From NCBI RefSeq assembly GCF_009914755.1, contig NC_060925.1: DNA of 64,000 nucleotides; one strand, written 5' to 3'. A program made the translations under genes and the position numbers. Position 1 is the stretch's first letter. The number at the start of each line of letters is the position of its first letter. The notes beneath the pieces were generated by a model that was given only the letters and a program-made list of their open reading frames with translations, was not told the origin of the DNA and ran no database searches. Positions 1 to 23,814 of this stretch are shown here, in pieces. Origin of the DNA: the human T2T-CHM13v2.0 reference genome, Homo sapiens.

Positions 1-972
<972 letters not shown>

Positions 973-1054
973 ACGACTGGAGAGTAACATGTCTTGGGTC
1001 AGTTTTATGTTAGGTTCCATACTAGGCACTGCAGGTATAGAAGTAGAAAAATAT

Positions 1055-1695
<641 letters not shown>

Positions 1696-2074
1696 TCAGG
1701 GAGCTTACAGACTTGGGGCAAGGAAATGAAAAGGAATAAGCAAAACAAAAATATGGATATAAAAAATCCATAGGGGGTTAGGTGTGGCAGCTCATGCCTG
1801 TAATCCCAGCACATAGTGAGAATCCCATCTCTACAAAAAAAAAAAAGAAGAAGGGCTTCGGGAGCACCAGGAAGAGACCTAAACCGGTCTGGAGGAGTCA
1901 GTAGAGGAGTAGTTGACATCTAGGCTGAGACTTAAAGACCAGAGCCAGATCGTGTCACCTAGTGCCATACCAACCTAGGTATAAATTCAACATAAAAACA
2001 AAACTCACCAGAAAATAAGACCAAGAAGCTCCAATAAAGTTCTGAATTTTCCCATGAGCACTATTTCAGTGATT

Positions 2075-2399
<325 letters not shown>

Positions 2400-2618
2400 T
2401 GAATGTCAAACCATTTGAAAAAAAAGTCTTGAGTATCCCTGCTTTGCTGGGCTCTGAACACTTGTGTGTTCTGCTCCTTGAATCTGACAAGGGAACAGGT
2501 TTGAGACAGCCGGGAGAGGCAGGCAGGTGGTTGGAATTTCATGTGCAAAGGCCCAGAGGCAAGAGAAAAAATGATGGCTCACTGGGGGAAAAGGACATCC
2601 TTTGATGAGGGCTGGTGA

Positions 2619-3032
<414 letters not shown>

Positions 3033-5088
3033 CACTCTGAATATTTTGAGCGACCTATTTATGATTTGAATTTATTCATTCGAGAAGCACCCCAACATAC
3101 CTCCTATATGTCAGGCATGGACCCAGGAACTGTGACTACAACAGATAATTAGGGGTTGGTTCCTCAGACAGGACAAAGGGCAGGACACTGAGTGCCACCT
3201 CTACAGAGGGGTCTGACTGGATAAAGACAAAGTGTGAAAGTGTATGACTTTCACAAAACAAGAAAGCCAAGCCCCGTGTGGGGTGACAGGGTGCAGGGAT
3301 GGGAGATGGCACTCAGGGAGCTAGCACTGGACAGGCCAGTGATTCCGAAGACAGAGGATAAAGGAACGAAAGCAGGAAGAGAGGGAATGAGTTATGGGTG
3401 AAATATTCGGATCCTGTAGCCTCCATAGAAGGTGGCCAAGTGGGCAGGGGGCAAAGTCCCAGCCAAGCCCCTCAGCACCCCCATGTGTTCCCAGCCCTGC
3501 TGAGCCCTGCAGCTCGTCTCCTCCTGGCTCCAAAAGTCAGACCAAACCCCGGAGAACAGAGGCGGGTGAGGAGGGGGCGGTGGGGTACAAGCCCAGGCCT
3601 CTCACCCCAGCAAAGCCTGCCTTCCCAGTGCCTGGGGCCAACCCAGCTGAGAAGCCAGAGGTTACAGGGAAAGGATTAAGGAGTTGCTTGCTTTTTTACC
3701 CAAACTCTGCTGTATTTCTCTGTCTTTCTTCAATCTCTCTCTCTCTCTCTTTTTTTTTAAAGAAAAATATTCCTGTACACGCACCCAGAGGCTTTTGCAG
3801 GAGGCGGCTGTTGGAGAACTGGGAAAACAAGCCAAGAAACAAGAGAGAGGAAAAAGACCACGCCTCGCCTGGCAGATTCCTAATGGCCCAGGAGACCTGA
3901 GGCTTTACAGTGGGAGGCCGGTGGGGGCTGGCTCGGGTGGGAGGGAAGGGCAGGCCGAAGGACAGCCACTTGCTGGCTGGTGACCTTGGGCGGGATACTG
4001 CCTGCTTCCCTCTGGTGAGAATGGGGAGGAGGGAGGCAGGGGCAGGCCTGGCCGGCTGAGGTCACAGGAAGGCCCCTTCCAGCCTGAAACGCGATCTCGG
4101 GATGTGGGGCCTGCCAACCTGCAGCGACCCTGGGCCAGCAGAGATGAAAGGCTGCCTGTCCCCAGCTTCCGGACCCCCAAGGCCCCACTGCCTCAAAGTT
4201 GGAGAGCAGCAGAGCTGTGTTGCCACTGGCTGGGGCCAGCTGCTGGGCTCCCCACCCCACCTTATGTCATCCAACCCTCCCTTCCCTGTTTTGCAGAGGA
4301 CACTCAGGCCCAGAGAGGGTGGTGACCTGCCTGAGGTCACACAGCAAGCGGGAGTCTGAGCCAAGGCTCACCACAGTCTTTGGACTCCAAGTCCAGGCCT
4401 CCTGCCTTTCCCAGAAACTTGGCTGCCTGGGGGCTTACCCTGGGGAGTTGGAGAGAACTAGGGCTGGGGAGGACACTTAGGAGCTGTGTCTGTTTGAAGT
4501 CACAACTTAATGTTGACTAAAGTGCTTTTTTTTTAAAAGACAAAAAGAAAATTCCCAGCCCCTGCCATAAGCCTGGACTTGCTCACTGGCAGGGGAAGGA
4601 ATGCAGCTCTGGCCACCACAGCTGCTGGTGGCCAGCTGCAGCCTCAGCTTCTGCTGCTCCCGCCCCAGCCGGCAAAGGGACAAAGGCCTCTTCTCAGGCC
4701 TGTCCTCTCCAGCCCCCTGGATCAGCTGGCAGAACATTGACGGAGCCTCCTCTGTCACAGACCTGCTAAGTCATTGTTCCTCTCTGGGCCTTAGTGCCGT
4801 TTCTGTAAAATGGGGGCATAGTATCTGCCTGACCTACTTCTCAGCACTGTTTTGAGGCTCCAAGTAAAGTTCTGGAAATACAAAGCTCTCAGCGCCTCCT
4901 TCCACCTGCGGGTCTGCCTTCTCACTGTGCCCTTTGCCTCGACCACCCCTCCCTCCCTCATGCTTTCCCTGGCCAGCCCCAACTCACTCAGCTCAGCTCA
5001 GTGGGACCATCACCTGCTCTAAAACCTGCCCTCAACTTCTGAAGGAGGCACCTTCAGAAGAAAAAAGACGGCAGTGCTGTATTTATCA

Positions 5089-5720
<632 letters not shown>

Positions 5721-5769
5721 ATGAATTAAATAATTAATTGTGCAATTGGATCCTCGTTAAAATGTAAAC

Positions 5770-6110
5770 TCTAATAATAGCTAATGTCAAATGCTGACCC
5801 GGGGCCCAGGACTTTACATTTAACCCATTTAATCTGCATGGTAGGTACTGTTGGTATCGCCATCTTACAGATGAAGAAACAGACAATGAGAGGTTCACTC
5901 ACTCACCTGAAGTCACAGCAAGTTGGAGGCTGAGCCAGGACTCACCACAAATAAGTTGCAAATCAGGATTCAAATGCAGACCGCCGGCTATAACCATTAC
6001 ATCACTAATGACACGGGTTTAGTTTGTGCCCTGATGTATCCCCGGTTCCCGGCACAGCATCTGGCATACAGCAGGTGCTCCATATATGTTAGATAAATAC
6101 ATACACAAAT
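5770..6110. mobile_element. MIR and L2 relics
   Basis: MIR core (catcttacagatgaagaaac) and L2 3' end-like sequence (gcacagcatctggcatacagcaggtgctc). Confidence 0.6.
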
Positions 6111-6247
6111 AGGTGATGAATATAAATGAGTATTTGGAGGAGAATAAAGCACCCATCAGGAGTGAATTTTGCAGGTGCCACATGTGGGGCTGAGTCATGG
6201 TAGGCGGCTAGCGGGTGCCCAGTATGTTGTTAAAAACTAATTACTGG

Positions 6248-7270
<1,023 letters not shown>

Positions 7271-7894
7271 CTAATAATTGGGGTTCCTTTTGGAGCACAC
7301 AGGCAAAATCCTGGGACATCAGCTTGGACTCCTCCCTCCACTTGTCCACTGGAACCAATCAGTCCCCAGGTTCCGCTCGGTATCTCCCAGATGCCTACCT
7401 TCCTCTTCATCCCTCAACCCCCATCTTTCTCTTGGATTTTTACAGCCACTCCCACACAGGTTTCTCTGCCTCTAATTTCTTCTCTTCAAAGAGGGCCTCT
7501 GAAAACAGAAAGCTAATCGTAAGCATCATCTTTCTTTACCCCACACCCCCATTAGTGAACCTCCCATACCGCCCCCCACTGCCATTGCTCTCTGGATAAA
7601 GCCCACACTCCTCAACCAAGGCTCCCCCAACCCAACCCCTGCCTCACCTCATGGTGAGGCCCTCCAGCCCTCACCTCATGGCCCTCTGCTCAAGTTGCCA
7701 CATGTCCTTTGCTCAGGCTACTCTAGGTGGCAGAAGTTCAACTCATGGAAGCAGACAGCACTGAGTTGAAATCCCAGTTTTGCCGCTTACTAGCTGTGTG
7801 TCTCAAAGCCTCAGCTGCCACATCTGGAGAATGGCCATAATTACACAATTTCACAAAGTCATCGTGACAATTAAATGAATACATAAGGTGCTGA

Positions 7895-8404
<510 letters not shown>

Positions 8405-9527
8405 TCAAAGACCTTTTCTTACTGGCAGTCTTACTGATTTGTTATGGCCCAGCTCAGATGTCACTGCTCAGAGGAAATTTTCCTTGATATCCACTCACCA
8501 TTCCCCAAGTGAAATCAGTCTCACTTTGTATACTCAATTGCACTTTGCACCACTATAAAGCACGTGTAATACTGTTGGCTGTGTGCACCATCTTTCCCCC
8601 ACTGCCCCAAGAGTTCCCAGAGAGTGGGAACAACACCCTTCTTAACTCTAGCACAGGGCCTGGCATGCAGCAGGTACTCAATGTTGGTTGAATTGAATGG
8701 AGTCACCACCGTCAGTCTTTCCTGAGCGCCTTGCAGGGAAGAGGCCTGACTGATGAGACAGCTGAACTCTGTGGGTACTTGGTTGCCTGAGGCCCCCCAC
8801 TCCAGCTCTGTTTTGGGGTATATTGGGATGTATGTGGGAGTGCGAGTAGGTGGAGGAAACTCCTGACCTCTGAGCTCTTTCTTTCCTGTGGGACTTGTCA
8901 GCCCTCCAAGAGAGGGAGAGAGGGAAGAGGAGATGAGGAGGTCCAGGTGCTGAGCAGGGGTGGGGTGGGGCTATAGCAGGAGCTGAGGCGTGGGTGGGAG
9001 CTGGCAAACTCCAGCTCCTCTAAGACCAGGGCTGGGCCTGGCAGGACGGGGCCTAACAGCCCGAGTCCCCACCTGCAATGCCCCACCTCATCCTGGCACC
9101 TGGATTAAGTGACTTTTCAAGTTGTAAAAAAACTATATCTTGATTGCAAAGAAGCAGAATCCAAGCCTGGCCTTGCCTTGTTGCTGAGCTGGGAGAAGGG
9201 GGGCGTGTTCCCTTTTATTCTCCTTTTTGTGTAGGCAACACCTTGTAGTCCTGAGCACGTCAAAGAGGGTAATATTAGGTTTTTGCAAACCCTGGTTAAA
9301 GTCACATTATCCCTGACCTTTGTTTCCAACCTCTTGGCCCTTCTCTCACTTCACTGTCTCCCTGACTTTGCTTCTTCTGGCCTTTCCTCAGCTCTTCCAA
9401 CACACCTTTCCCCTTCTCCCCTCTGGGCTTTCACATATACTGTTTTCTCTGTCTTGAATGTTTCCCCCACTGCCTGATAATTTTGTTTTATGGTTAGTGC
9501 TTTCAATGCCTCAGAAATCTTTGCTTA

Positions 9528-10140
<613 letters not shown>

Positions 10141-10333
10141 TGAGAATCATTCCCACCCTGTTAACTCTTATTCTTTACAGTTCAGCTGATACCCCACCTC
10201 CTTTGAGAAGTCTTCCTTGACTACTCCTAAACTAGATCAGGTCATCCTACTCCATACGTCATAACACCTTCCACTTGATTGTAGCACTTGTCACAACTGT
10301 AATTAAACAATTATTTGTGTAATTCCTTGTTTA

Positions 10334-11360
<1,027 letters not shown>

Positions 11361-11494
11361 TCAAAACATACACTTTGATATGAATTTTCACAAACTGAAC
11401 ACACTCATATAACCAGTCCCCAGATCAAGATGCAGAACATTTCCTGTACCCAGAAGCCCCCTCCTGTTTCTTCCAGCAATGATTCTTTCTTGCT

Positions 11495-12759
<1,265 letters not shown>

Positions 12760-13849
12760 TCAGGTACTATTCTGGTCATCTGTCTGAAAATGAGGAGTAC
12801 CTGGGAGGGTTGGAAACTTGATCTCACACAGTGTGAGAAGCCTGGGTCTGAGAGTTGGAAGACCTGGATTTGAGTCCTGGCCTGGCCTCTGGGTGACCTT
12901 AGGCAAGTCCCTTCCCCTCCCCGGGCCTCTTGGGTTTTCTCATTTAGCAAGTGACAGGGAGGTTGACCTCCAAAGCTTGAAGAATAGTCATGCTGATTCC
13001 AGGCCTCTCAGTGCTAAGGTTCAGTTCCTGATGCATGGGCAACCCTCTGGCTGTGGCCTCCTCCCTGCCAGGCACTGCTGGGGGAGAGGGAAGCACAGGA
13101 AGTGATACCGCCCAGGGAAAGGGAACTCATAGTTTGGCCAGGCGGACCCGGTGTTCCGCCAGGAACCAAATGGAAAATGGGCTGATGGTCCAAGTGATTA
13201 TCTGTGTGTGGGGGTGAAAGGACAGGAGCCTGAGTGTTCCGAGTCGGGGTAGGGGACCTGGGGGTAAGACTGGGGCAAAGGCAGAGATGGCTTCCTGGGG
13301 GAGAAGCCTTTGGAAATTGGCAGGGCAACCAAGGGGTGCTTCCCAGAGATGGGAGGAGGCAGGAAGAAGAAAATTGGGTCCAGGTGACCACAGAGCAGCA
13401 GCAGCTTGGCCGGGGAGTGGGAGAGGCGGGGCTGGTGGGAGCTTGGGCAGGCGCCTCACAGCTGGGCCTTGGAGGGGAAGTGGTGGGGCAGCCTCTGCCT
13501 CGGTCCTGGGAAAGTGCCATCTTCTCAAGCCACAGACTGGGAAGGAGGACATAGCGTGAGGCTCAGGCCAGAGGTCCCTCTCTCTGAACGGCCCCCGGGG
13601 CCCTGCCCAGCTGTCCTGGCACTGCAGGACAGAGGGTGAGGAGCAGGGTCAAGCCCCAGTCCCTAGCTCCTTCCACATGTTCTGCCCAGGTGCCTTCAGA
13701 TTGGATTCCATTTCTACCTCTTTCTGGCTTTTCGCCCAGAGCGCACCCAGAGCACCTTCACTGTATTCCTGTCCTCAGGCAGATGTTTGAGGCAGGGGGT
13801 TGCTAGCCAAGTTAAGGAACTGAGTTATAACTATGATCATGGTAACAGG

Positions 13850-15078
<1,229 letters not shown>

Positions 15079-16272
15079 AGTACACCAGAGGCCCTTCTCC
15101 TCCCACATTCCCTGCCTGCCCCATTGCCTGCGTGTCAAGCTGTATCCACCCACCCCTGCTGCCCTTGGCCACCCCTCAGGCCTAGGAATCTACCCTGGAA
15201 GTGTGGTTTGGATGAGGGAAGGGCCCACCCAGGCCCTGGAAACTAGCTCAGCGAAATTTAGGATCCTGGGTACTCAGAGGTGGTCTAGAAAGAGGTAACG
15301 GTGGTCTCTGGGTGGGTATGTCCTCTTGGCCTCTCTGACTCCTCACTCCATGGGGAGGCACCTAGTGGAGGAGGGCCAGGGTGGCCTTCTAAAACACTGG
15401 GGCCCCTGTCTCCACGGTTGCCTGGGCCTAAGGTCTGTACTAATTAAGAGTAAATGACAAACCCTGGCACAGCACATAGCTGACACTTGGGAAATAGTAA
15501 AAATGGCTGCCATTCATTATCTTCACAACAACCCTGAAAGGCAGGTACTATTGAGCTCATTTTGAAGATGAAGAGCTAAGACTCAGAGAGGTGAAGTCAT
15601 TTGCTATATCTAAGGGGAGAACTGGGACTCAAAGCTGAATCTGTCTGACTCCAACGGGGCTGCTAGCCAAGGGATGGGAATCCCAAAGCCACCAGCAGAT
15701 CCTTTTTGGGGCTGTGCCAGAGCTAGGTGCTGGAGTGGGTATGGTATCTGTCCCAGGATAATGACCAGACCCACACAGGATACGGAGGCTCAATTTGCCC
15801 TAAGTAACCTTTAAGCCCATCTCAACCTCCGGCAGCATTCTAGCTAAAGTTATTTATTCATTCTACACACATTTGCACACCGTGACTTGTGTGTGGAGCC
15901 ATGTGCTGGGACCTGGAGACCCTGGATGAGTTAGTCTAGGCCTCTGTCCTCCAAGTGCTGCTAGTCTGGTAGGGGAGGCAAATACATTGCTAGAACACCT
16001 TACTGTAGAGCAGTGTGGAATAAGGATTAAGCATATAAATGGTGGCAACAAATTGCCTGGGTTCAAATCCCAGCTCTATCACTGATTATGTTTGTGAAAT
16101 GAGCTAGTTACTTAACCTTTCTGAGTCTCAGTTTCACATGAGCAAAATGGGAGTGATGACACTTTCTAATAATATAACCATGAAGGTTAAATATGATCAC
16201 GAACATGGAATGCTTATGTAAAGCCTAGCACATAGAAAGAAGCATTCAGTGAGTATTAGCTATCTGGAATTA

Positions 16273-17255
<983 letters not shown>

Positions 17256-18169
17256 CTTATTGCGCCTATTTTAGAAAGGTGATTCTAGCCGCAGTGTGGA
17301 GCGTGAGCTGTACGAGGAGAGCCTGGCTGTCGGGGAGCAGATCTGAGCACGCTCCTCACCAGCCCTAGCTCAGGCTCGGACCTCTCTGACTTCCTGCCTT
17401 CCCACGTGCTCTTGCCTCTGCTTAGAGTATCTTTCCCTTGACTTTGCCTGGCTAACTCCTTGCCCACCTTCAGGTCTCAGTTTAGCCAGCACTTCCACCC
17501 GGAAGCTCTACTAGACACCCCTCCCAGTCCAGATTAGATGCTCCTACTTACTCCTCCTCTGTGCTTGCAGACCTGCCCACCTGCCTGCCTCGTCGACTGG
17601 ACTCTGGCCAAGGGCAGGGACTGTGTGGCACTGCTCACTGCTGTATCCACAAGGCCCTAAGGCATAATGCCTGGAGCCTCAATCCATGATCGGTAGGGAA
17701 CGAATGAATGGCTAAGCCTGTTGGGGCAGGTGTGATAGTTTGAGTGAAAGTGACAGGGTCTGCGGTGGCAGCGAGGAGAGAAGAGACACGATAGAATTGA
17801 CGGGACCCAGGAATCATGAGAGGAGAACACAGGGAGAGAAGAAGGAGTTGGTGATGACTCAGAGGTGTTTTTTTTTTCACCTGGGTAAGCCCTGTGCCTC
17901 TAACCAAGATAGGAGCCATGGAGGAGGGGGTTGGAGGGAGGGAGGGAGGAGTAGGCCAGGGCAGAGGGGCAGGGCGGAGCCTTACCTTGGTAGGAGACTG
18001 GGGCCCTGGCCCAGGCCGTTCCTTGGAGTATTCTTCCCTTCTGGGATGCTGTGCACACTGATGGATCCTCAGCAATGTCTGTGACTGTCCAAATGCTGCC
18101 ACCTTGACCACTCTAACTCGGCTGCCTCCCCTACAAATTATTCTCTACCAATGCACTCTCTCCACTTCC

Positions 18170-18372
18170 TCCCAACTCTCATGATTGTAATCGTGTATCC
18201 GTTGACTTGTATTTTATTCTCAGTGTGTCTTCCTCACTAGATTGGAAGTTCCATGAAGGCAGGGATCTCGCTGGTTTTATTGACCATGTATACCTGGCAG
18301 GCTCCCTGGCACATAGTAGGTGCTCAAAAAATATTTGTTGAATGAATGAGTGATGAATGAATGAATGAATTC
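18170..18372 (+). mobile_element. L2 3' end
   Basis: cactagattggaagttccatgaaggcagggatct...cctggcacatagtaggtgctcaa...(tgaa)n, the classic L2 tail. Confidence 0.8.
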
Positions 18373-21300
18373 TTTGAATGCCATGATAAAGAATTTGACT
18401 CTTAGCCTCCAGGAGACGGGGATCCATGGAAAGTTCTAAAGGAAGGCAGTGTCAGGATGCAGCTCGTATTAGAAAGCTCACCCTGGTCGCTGTGTGGAAG
18501 ATGGATTGGGGAGGGAACGCGGGAGACTAGAGGAGGGGGAATTGAGGAGCCACTGGGGGAGACAAAGACATAGCACTTGGGGCTGGGCCTGGGAGCCCCC
18601 CTGCCTGTGAGGGCCCTGAGCCCCCTCCCAGTCCTTCCCCATCCCCCTGCCAGGCCTGTTGTCTCTGAGCCCAGCGGCAGGCGGGCGGTGGGAAGAGCAG
18701 GGCTGGCAAAGCTGACACTCACTAATCACGGCCCTCACCCCGGAGCCGCACTAACTGTCTGGTCTCCATGGAGACACGGCAACCTCCGGCCACTTGTTAA
18801 TGGCAGCTCAACAAGGCTGCAGCGACAGGGACGGGCCTGACCAGCGTGCCCAGCTCCACACTACCTGTCCCAGCCTGGCCCTCTGCAGAAGACCTCAGGG
18901 GCACCAGAGCTGGGGGACAGGACCGGAGGTCTGGTGGCTGGACGTCTCCCCAACCCCTCCGTGGCCCCGCCTCCCCTGGCACTGCCAAGCAGCGAGAGGG
19001 CAGAGGCAGCCTCTGCCCAGGCTGACTCCTCTGCAGGGCTGCTGGGAAGCTGAGCTCATGCAGGTCACCCAGGCAAGGCCAAAGGGCTGGAGGGGGATGG
19101 TGAGGAGTGGAGCGGGGACCTGCCCACAGCCCACACACTAGCAGAGTGGAGGAGGGCGTGCTTTGCCTGCCCTGACAACCCTCTGCTCTGCTAGCCTGAG
19201 GCAGGGGCCCAGTTGGGAACCATCTGTCCAGAACCTCTTCCCGGTGCACTGTCACTACATCTGAAATGCCACCGTTAGCAACGCACTCCTTCGGGAGGCA
19301 GCATGGCATAGCACAAAAAACACTGGTTTTGCCGTCAAGCAGGCTTGGGTGCAAGGCCTGACTCTGTTTCTCTACCTCTAAGCATTGATTTCCCCATCTG
19401 TAAAATGGGGGTAATCATTGCACATACAGGCTAACTCTTCCTCTTCCTGGAAACCTGAGCTCATTACCTGTGATGCCTCCCCCAGAATCTTCTTCACCCC
19501 CACAAACCAGCAGGGCCTCCTCCACAGTCCCCGGGCTCATCCCACAGCATGCTGCACCTGCCTGTGACTGTCCCACATTTGTCCTTCCCACAGACTGAGC
19601 CCTGTGGGGTTGGGCAGAGTGAGCCTCAGGAGAGGGTGGCGAAAGAAACAAAGGAAGGGCATGGGGGCCTCCCTCGGTCTTCTGCCTTTGCACCCTCCTT
19701 CAGTGCAGGTTGAAGACTTTCTTTCCTTCTCTCCTTCAGACCTTTGTTCCTCCATCTGTGTGTCTATCCATCCGGCCTGCAAACTCTCTCCAAGCCCTTC
19801 CCTTTTGCGGGACCTCAGAGAGGATGCAGATCCCACCCCAAACTAAAGGTGAGGCAGAGACCCAATTCCAGGGCTCTGGACACCTGAGGCACACCCATGG
19901 CTGGCTGGGGACCTTGGCACAGCTGCCTCCTCCCTCGGTCACTCCTTAGGCAACACTCCAAGCTGAAAAGGCCCTTGGAGATCATCTCCTCCTTTCCACG
20001 ACAGCCAGCCAGATGAAGAAACTGAGGCCTGGAGAGCCCAAGATCCCATAGCAGTTCTGTTTTTGAGCTGACAATGTACCAATTATGCGGGCCTGCTGGG
20101 GAGGCGGCTTTTGGCTCTCCCGGCCCTGCTGACAGCTGTGTTCCCAGTGGCAGCTGGAATGCTGGTGGGAGGCCTGTCTGGCCTTTGCACCCTGACTCCC
20201 CAGGGCAGAGCCAGGTGGCTCTAGTGGGGCCCAGGGCTGGGAGGTGGTGTGGGCAGACAACCCTGAAGGGTGAGTTGGGGCATGGGATGGCTGGAAGAGA
20301 AGGGAGGCAGTACTGATTTTGGAGACTAAAGCAGAAGCCCTGAGGTCTTGTTCCAGCTCTGTCACTCTCTTGCTGGGTAACCTTGGGTGGATTGTTTGAC
20401 CTCTCTGAACCTTAGTTTTCTTATTTATAAAATGGTGCTAATTTTGTAGATTGAAAACCTTTTATCAATAGTTGTAGCCATACAGAGGTGAAGAATTTTT
20501 ATTGTTGGGCTGAAAGGCTAAGATTCCAGAGGGGAAGGGACTAGCCCGAGGCCACAGAGCACTGAATTGGATGCAAGGATTTGGACCTGGAGGAGTGTCC
20601 AGTCCATACTATCCACTTGCTGAAGGGGCAAATAGAGCCAGAGAAGGGGAGCAAGTTCCCCAAGGTCACTCCGTGAGTCTGGGGCCAGTGTGGGCCCAGA
20701 GCCAGGCTGTGCACGAGGTCCCCTGCCCAGCTGCCTCGCTTGCTCATCCAGCCCCCTTGGTTTTGTCTCCCCCAGTGAGTGGGCGCAGAACGGGCCCAGC
20801 TTCCTTCCTGCCGCCCTGCCTGCCGTCTGCCACGTTGGCATCCACCCTCAGCCTTCTCGCCCCTGCTGCTGCTGCTGCTGATGCGGCATCAGCCGAGACC
20901 AACCCGCCGAGAGTTTGCCCAGAGCAGTCAGGGCTGCCGGAGCCGGGGCTGGGCTGGCTGGCTGACTCTGCCAGACAGGAGGGAGCGAGCCAGCCGGTGG
21001 AGGGAGGGAACAAGGGCTGAGCCAGCCCCCAGCCTTCCCAGCCCTTCCCCACCCTCGCCGGCCAAGGGAAGGAGGCAGGAAGCTGGGGTTGGGGGCCAGG
21101 GGACTGCAGTGTCTGAGAATGAGGTTCCGATAGCTGGGTCTGTCTGTGGGAGCATGCACACATATGTGTGTGCATGGAAGAGCACGTTGGGGTGGTTTGT
21201 GAGTCTGTGTTTGCCTCAATGTGCACAGGTGATGATGCTATGTGTGTGGGTTTGTGCCGACATCGGGGGCCACTGTGTGTTTGTGTAAGCACAAGGGAAA

Positions 21301-23769
21301 GCTGTATGCCCTGAGTTTGAACGCAGGCCTGTGTACAGAGACGTGCGAGATCTAGCAGTGTGTGCACATGGTAGCAGATGGGCACCACGTCAGTGCCAAT
21401 AAATCTTTGTATGCACAAAAGAGTCGGTACATGTGCCTGAGTTTGTGTATGTCACATCTGGGTGTGTTGGGAGCCCCTGTGATTTTATGGTGTACAAGAG
21501 GATAACAGCATAACTGTGGGTTTGAGCTTGTCTGTGTATGTGCAAGGGACAGTGTGTGTGCAGAAGGGAACTCTGCAGGTGGCTGGGATTTTGTGCATGT
21601 CTTGTGCCCAGGAAGGCACAGTACTGGTGGTGTGGGCTAGTCCAAATGTCCAGAGGATGGGTATGGGCGCCTCTGTGCCCAACAGACTTTGTCTGTGTGG
21701 TTGTTGAGAGTGACTCAGGGGAACACTGTGTGACTGTATATGCTTGGCTGTGTGTACAGGGAACAGGCAGCACAGGCATTGTGTTTCTGTGGTTGCATTT
21801 ACACAGGGCGGTGGCGGCGGCGGTGGTGGTGATGGTGACGGTGCTGTGCTACAGGTTTGCACTTGTTTCTCTATGTGGCAAGGCCCTGCGTGTGACTGCG
21901 TTTGTGCGTGTCTGTGAGCACGGTGCGCTGGAAACTGCGTGCTTGGGTCTGTGGCAGGCTGAATGGAGGAGGGCGGAGGGAGTCCATGGCTATGTTTGTA
22001 CTTGTCTGTGAGCCCGGGGTCAGATGCGCTCCATGTGCTACCTCCTGTGTGCACAGGTGGCCGCTGTGTCCAACCGTGTCTTTGTGTGTTTCGGGTTGCC
22101 TGAATGTGCACAGGCGGAGGACATGGAGGGGGGGATTTGAGTGCGTGCCTGTGCAGGCCCCTTTAACGTGGCAAGTCTAAGAAATGTCGGCCTTCTTGGC
22201 AGCGAATCTGGGCTTGGTTCCACTGGGGGCGTCTGCAGAGAGGGGCTCTTAGAAGGGACGTGCTTGAGCGAGAGAGACAGGAAGGGAAGGGGGGGCCAGC
22301 CCCAGCTCGGGGTTTCCAGGAGGGAAAGCCAGACATTGGAACTTGTCAACGCTACCTCCTTCCCTGCCCCCACCTTCCACTGCTGCCTCCCCTCCTGGCG
22401 CCTGAAGGCTGCTGGCAGACGGACAGACAGACAGACAGTGCACACATAGACTGGCTCATAGGCACAGAGCCCAAACCTGAGCCCCTAAATGCACAAGCCT
22501 GGACACTGAGGTCCAGAGAGGGCAAAGGAAGTAGCTGAGTCTCGGAGGAGCACATGTGTTTATGCATGTTGGGGGCAGGGGGTGCTGTTGGCCTCTGGTG
22601 CTTCAACCCAGACTGGAGCCCAGGCCTAGGGCGGGGAAGAGGCTGTGGAGAGCCTCTGGGGAGGGGCTTTTATGGCTCTAACCAGGCCCTCAAGGCCCCC
22701 AGCTCCTCTCCCTGTTTATACAACTGCTGCAGTGTCTTTGAGAGTCCTGTTGCCTCAAAAAAACACCTACCGCAACTCCCTGTTTGTACAGAGGCAGAAA
22801 AGACCCAGAGAGGAGCAGCAGCTGATCCAGGGTCACACAGCAGAACCAGGACTGGAATCCAGGGCTCCTTCTCCTAGCTGTGCATGTTGGCCCATGGGCC
22901 ACTTAGTCTTATCTTTCCCTTGGTCCATTTATCTTTTCTTCCTCCCAGGTCTTCGGGATATGACAACGACCTCTTTTTTGTGTTGCTTTTGTTGCCCAAG
23001 TGATATGTCTGTCTGCCTGTTAGTCCATCTGTTTGTCACAGGGCTTCAATACCCTCTGGCAGAATACGGAAGAGAAGAGGGCTTGGTTTTTGGCCAAGGG
23101 CTATTGGAGAGATAGGGGTGGGATGGGGAGACAGAGAAACAGAACGAAAGGAATTTGAGACGAGAGGAAGGAGGAGAGAAGAGCAAGGGGAGGGCACTGG
23201 CGGCAGAGCTGAGAAGCCCAGGCTGCCCTTTACCTCCACCTCCAGCCTGGGCACAGGGGCGAGCTCTGAGCTCAGAGACTCTGAGTCCTGCCTCTTGGGG
23301 CCTTGGGGAGAGGACCCCAGGGCTCCTGTAGGGTCTGGGCCCAACCCCCAAACCCTGGGGGCAGCTGGGTTGGAGTCCTGGGGTCAGTATTCGGGGTGCA
23401 GGTGTGGGGTGCAGTGACCGAACTGCCCTCATGGGAAAAGGAGGGAGGGGATTGCAGGTACCTAGGGGGCATGAACCTGGGCATGCGTTGACTTAGTGTG
23501 TGTGGTCTCTTTGCAGCAGGGTTGTTGAGAGTGTGCGTGAGGTTGCGAGTACGCTAGGACTCTGTGTGGACACCTATGAACATACATGACCCAGTGGCAG
23601 ACAAGCTGGGATTTCAGTGGGGAGGGGAAGGACTGCAGGAATGTGTGTCTATGACCGGCAGGGAGTGGTTGTCTATGTGTGGAAGGATTTGTGTGAACCT
23701 GCCTTACATGTTCTTGGGGAGGCTGTATCCTGTGTATGTAGGCAGGTGAACTGTATAGCTCTGTACAAT

Positions 23770-23777
23770 TGTGTGTG

Positions 23778-23812
<35 letters not shown>
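23770..23812 (+). repeat. (GT)n microsatellite
   Basis: Direct observation. Confidence 0.95.

Positions 23813-23814
<2 letters not shown>

Noticed and set aside
20571-21418. Overlapping 120-224-aa ORFs near the CTG repeat
   Set aside because: They start in MIR-like or GT-rich sequence, are open in several frames because of GC content, and show no recognisable homology.
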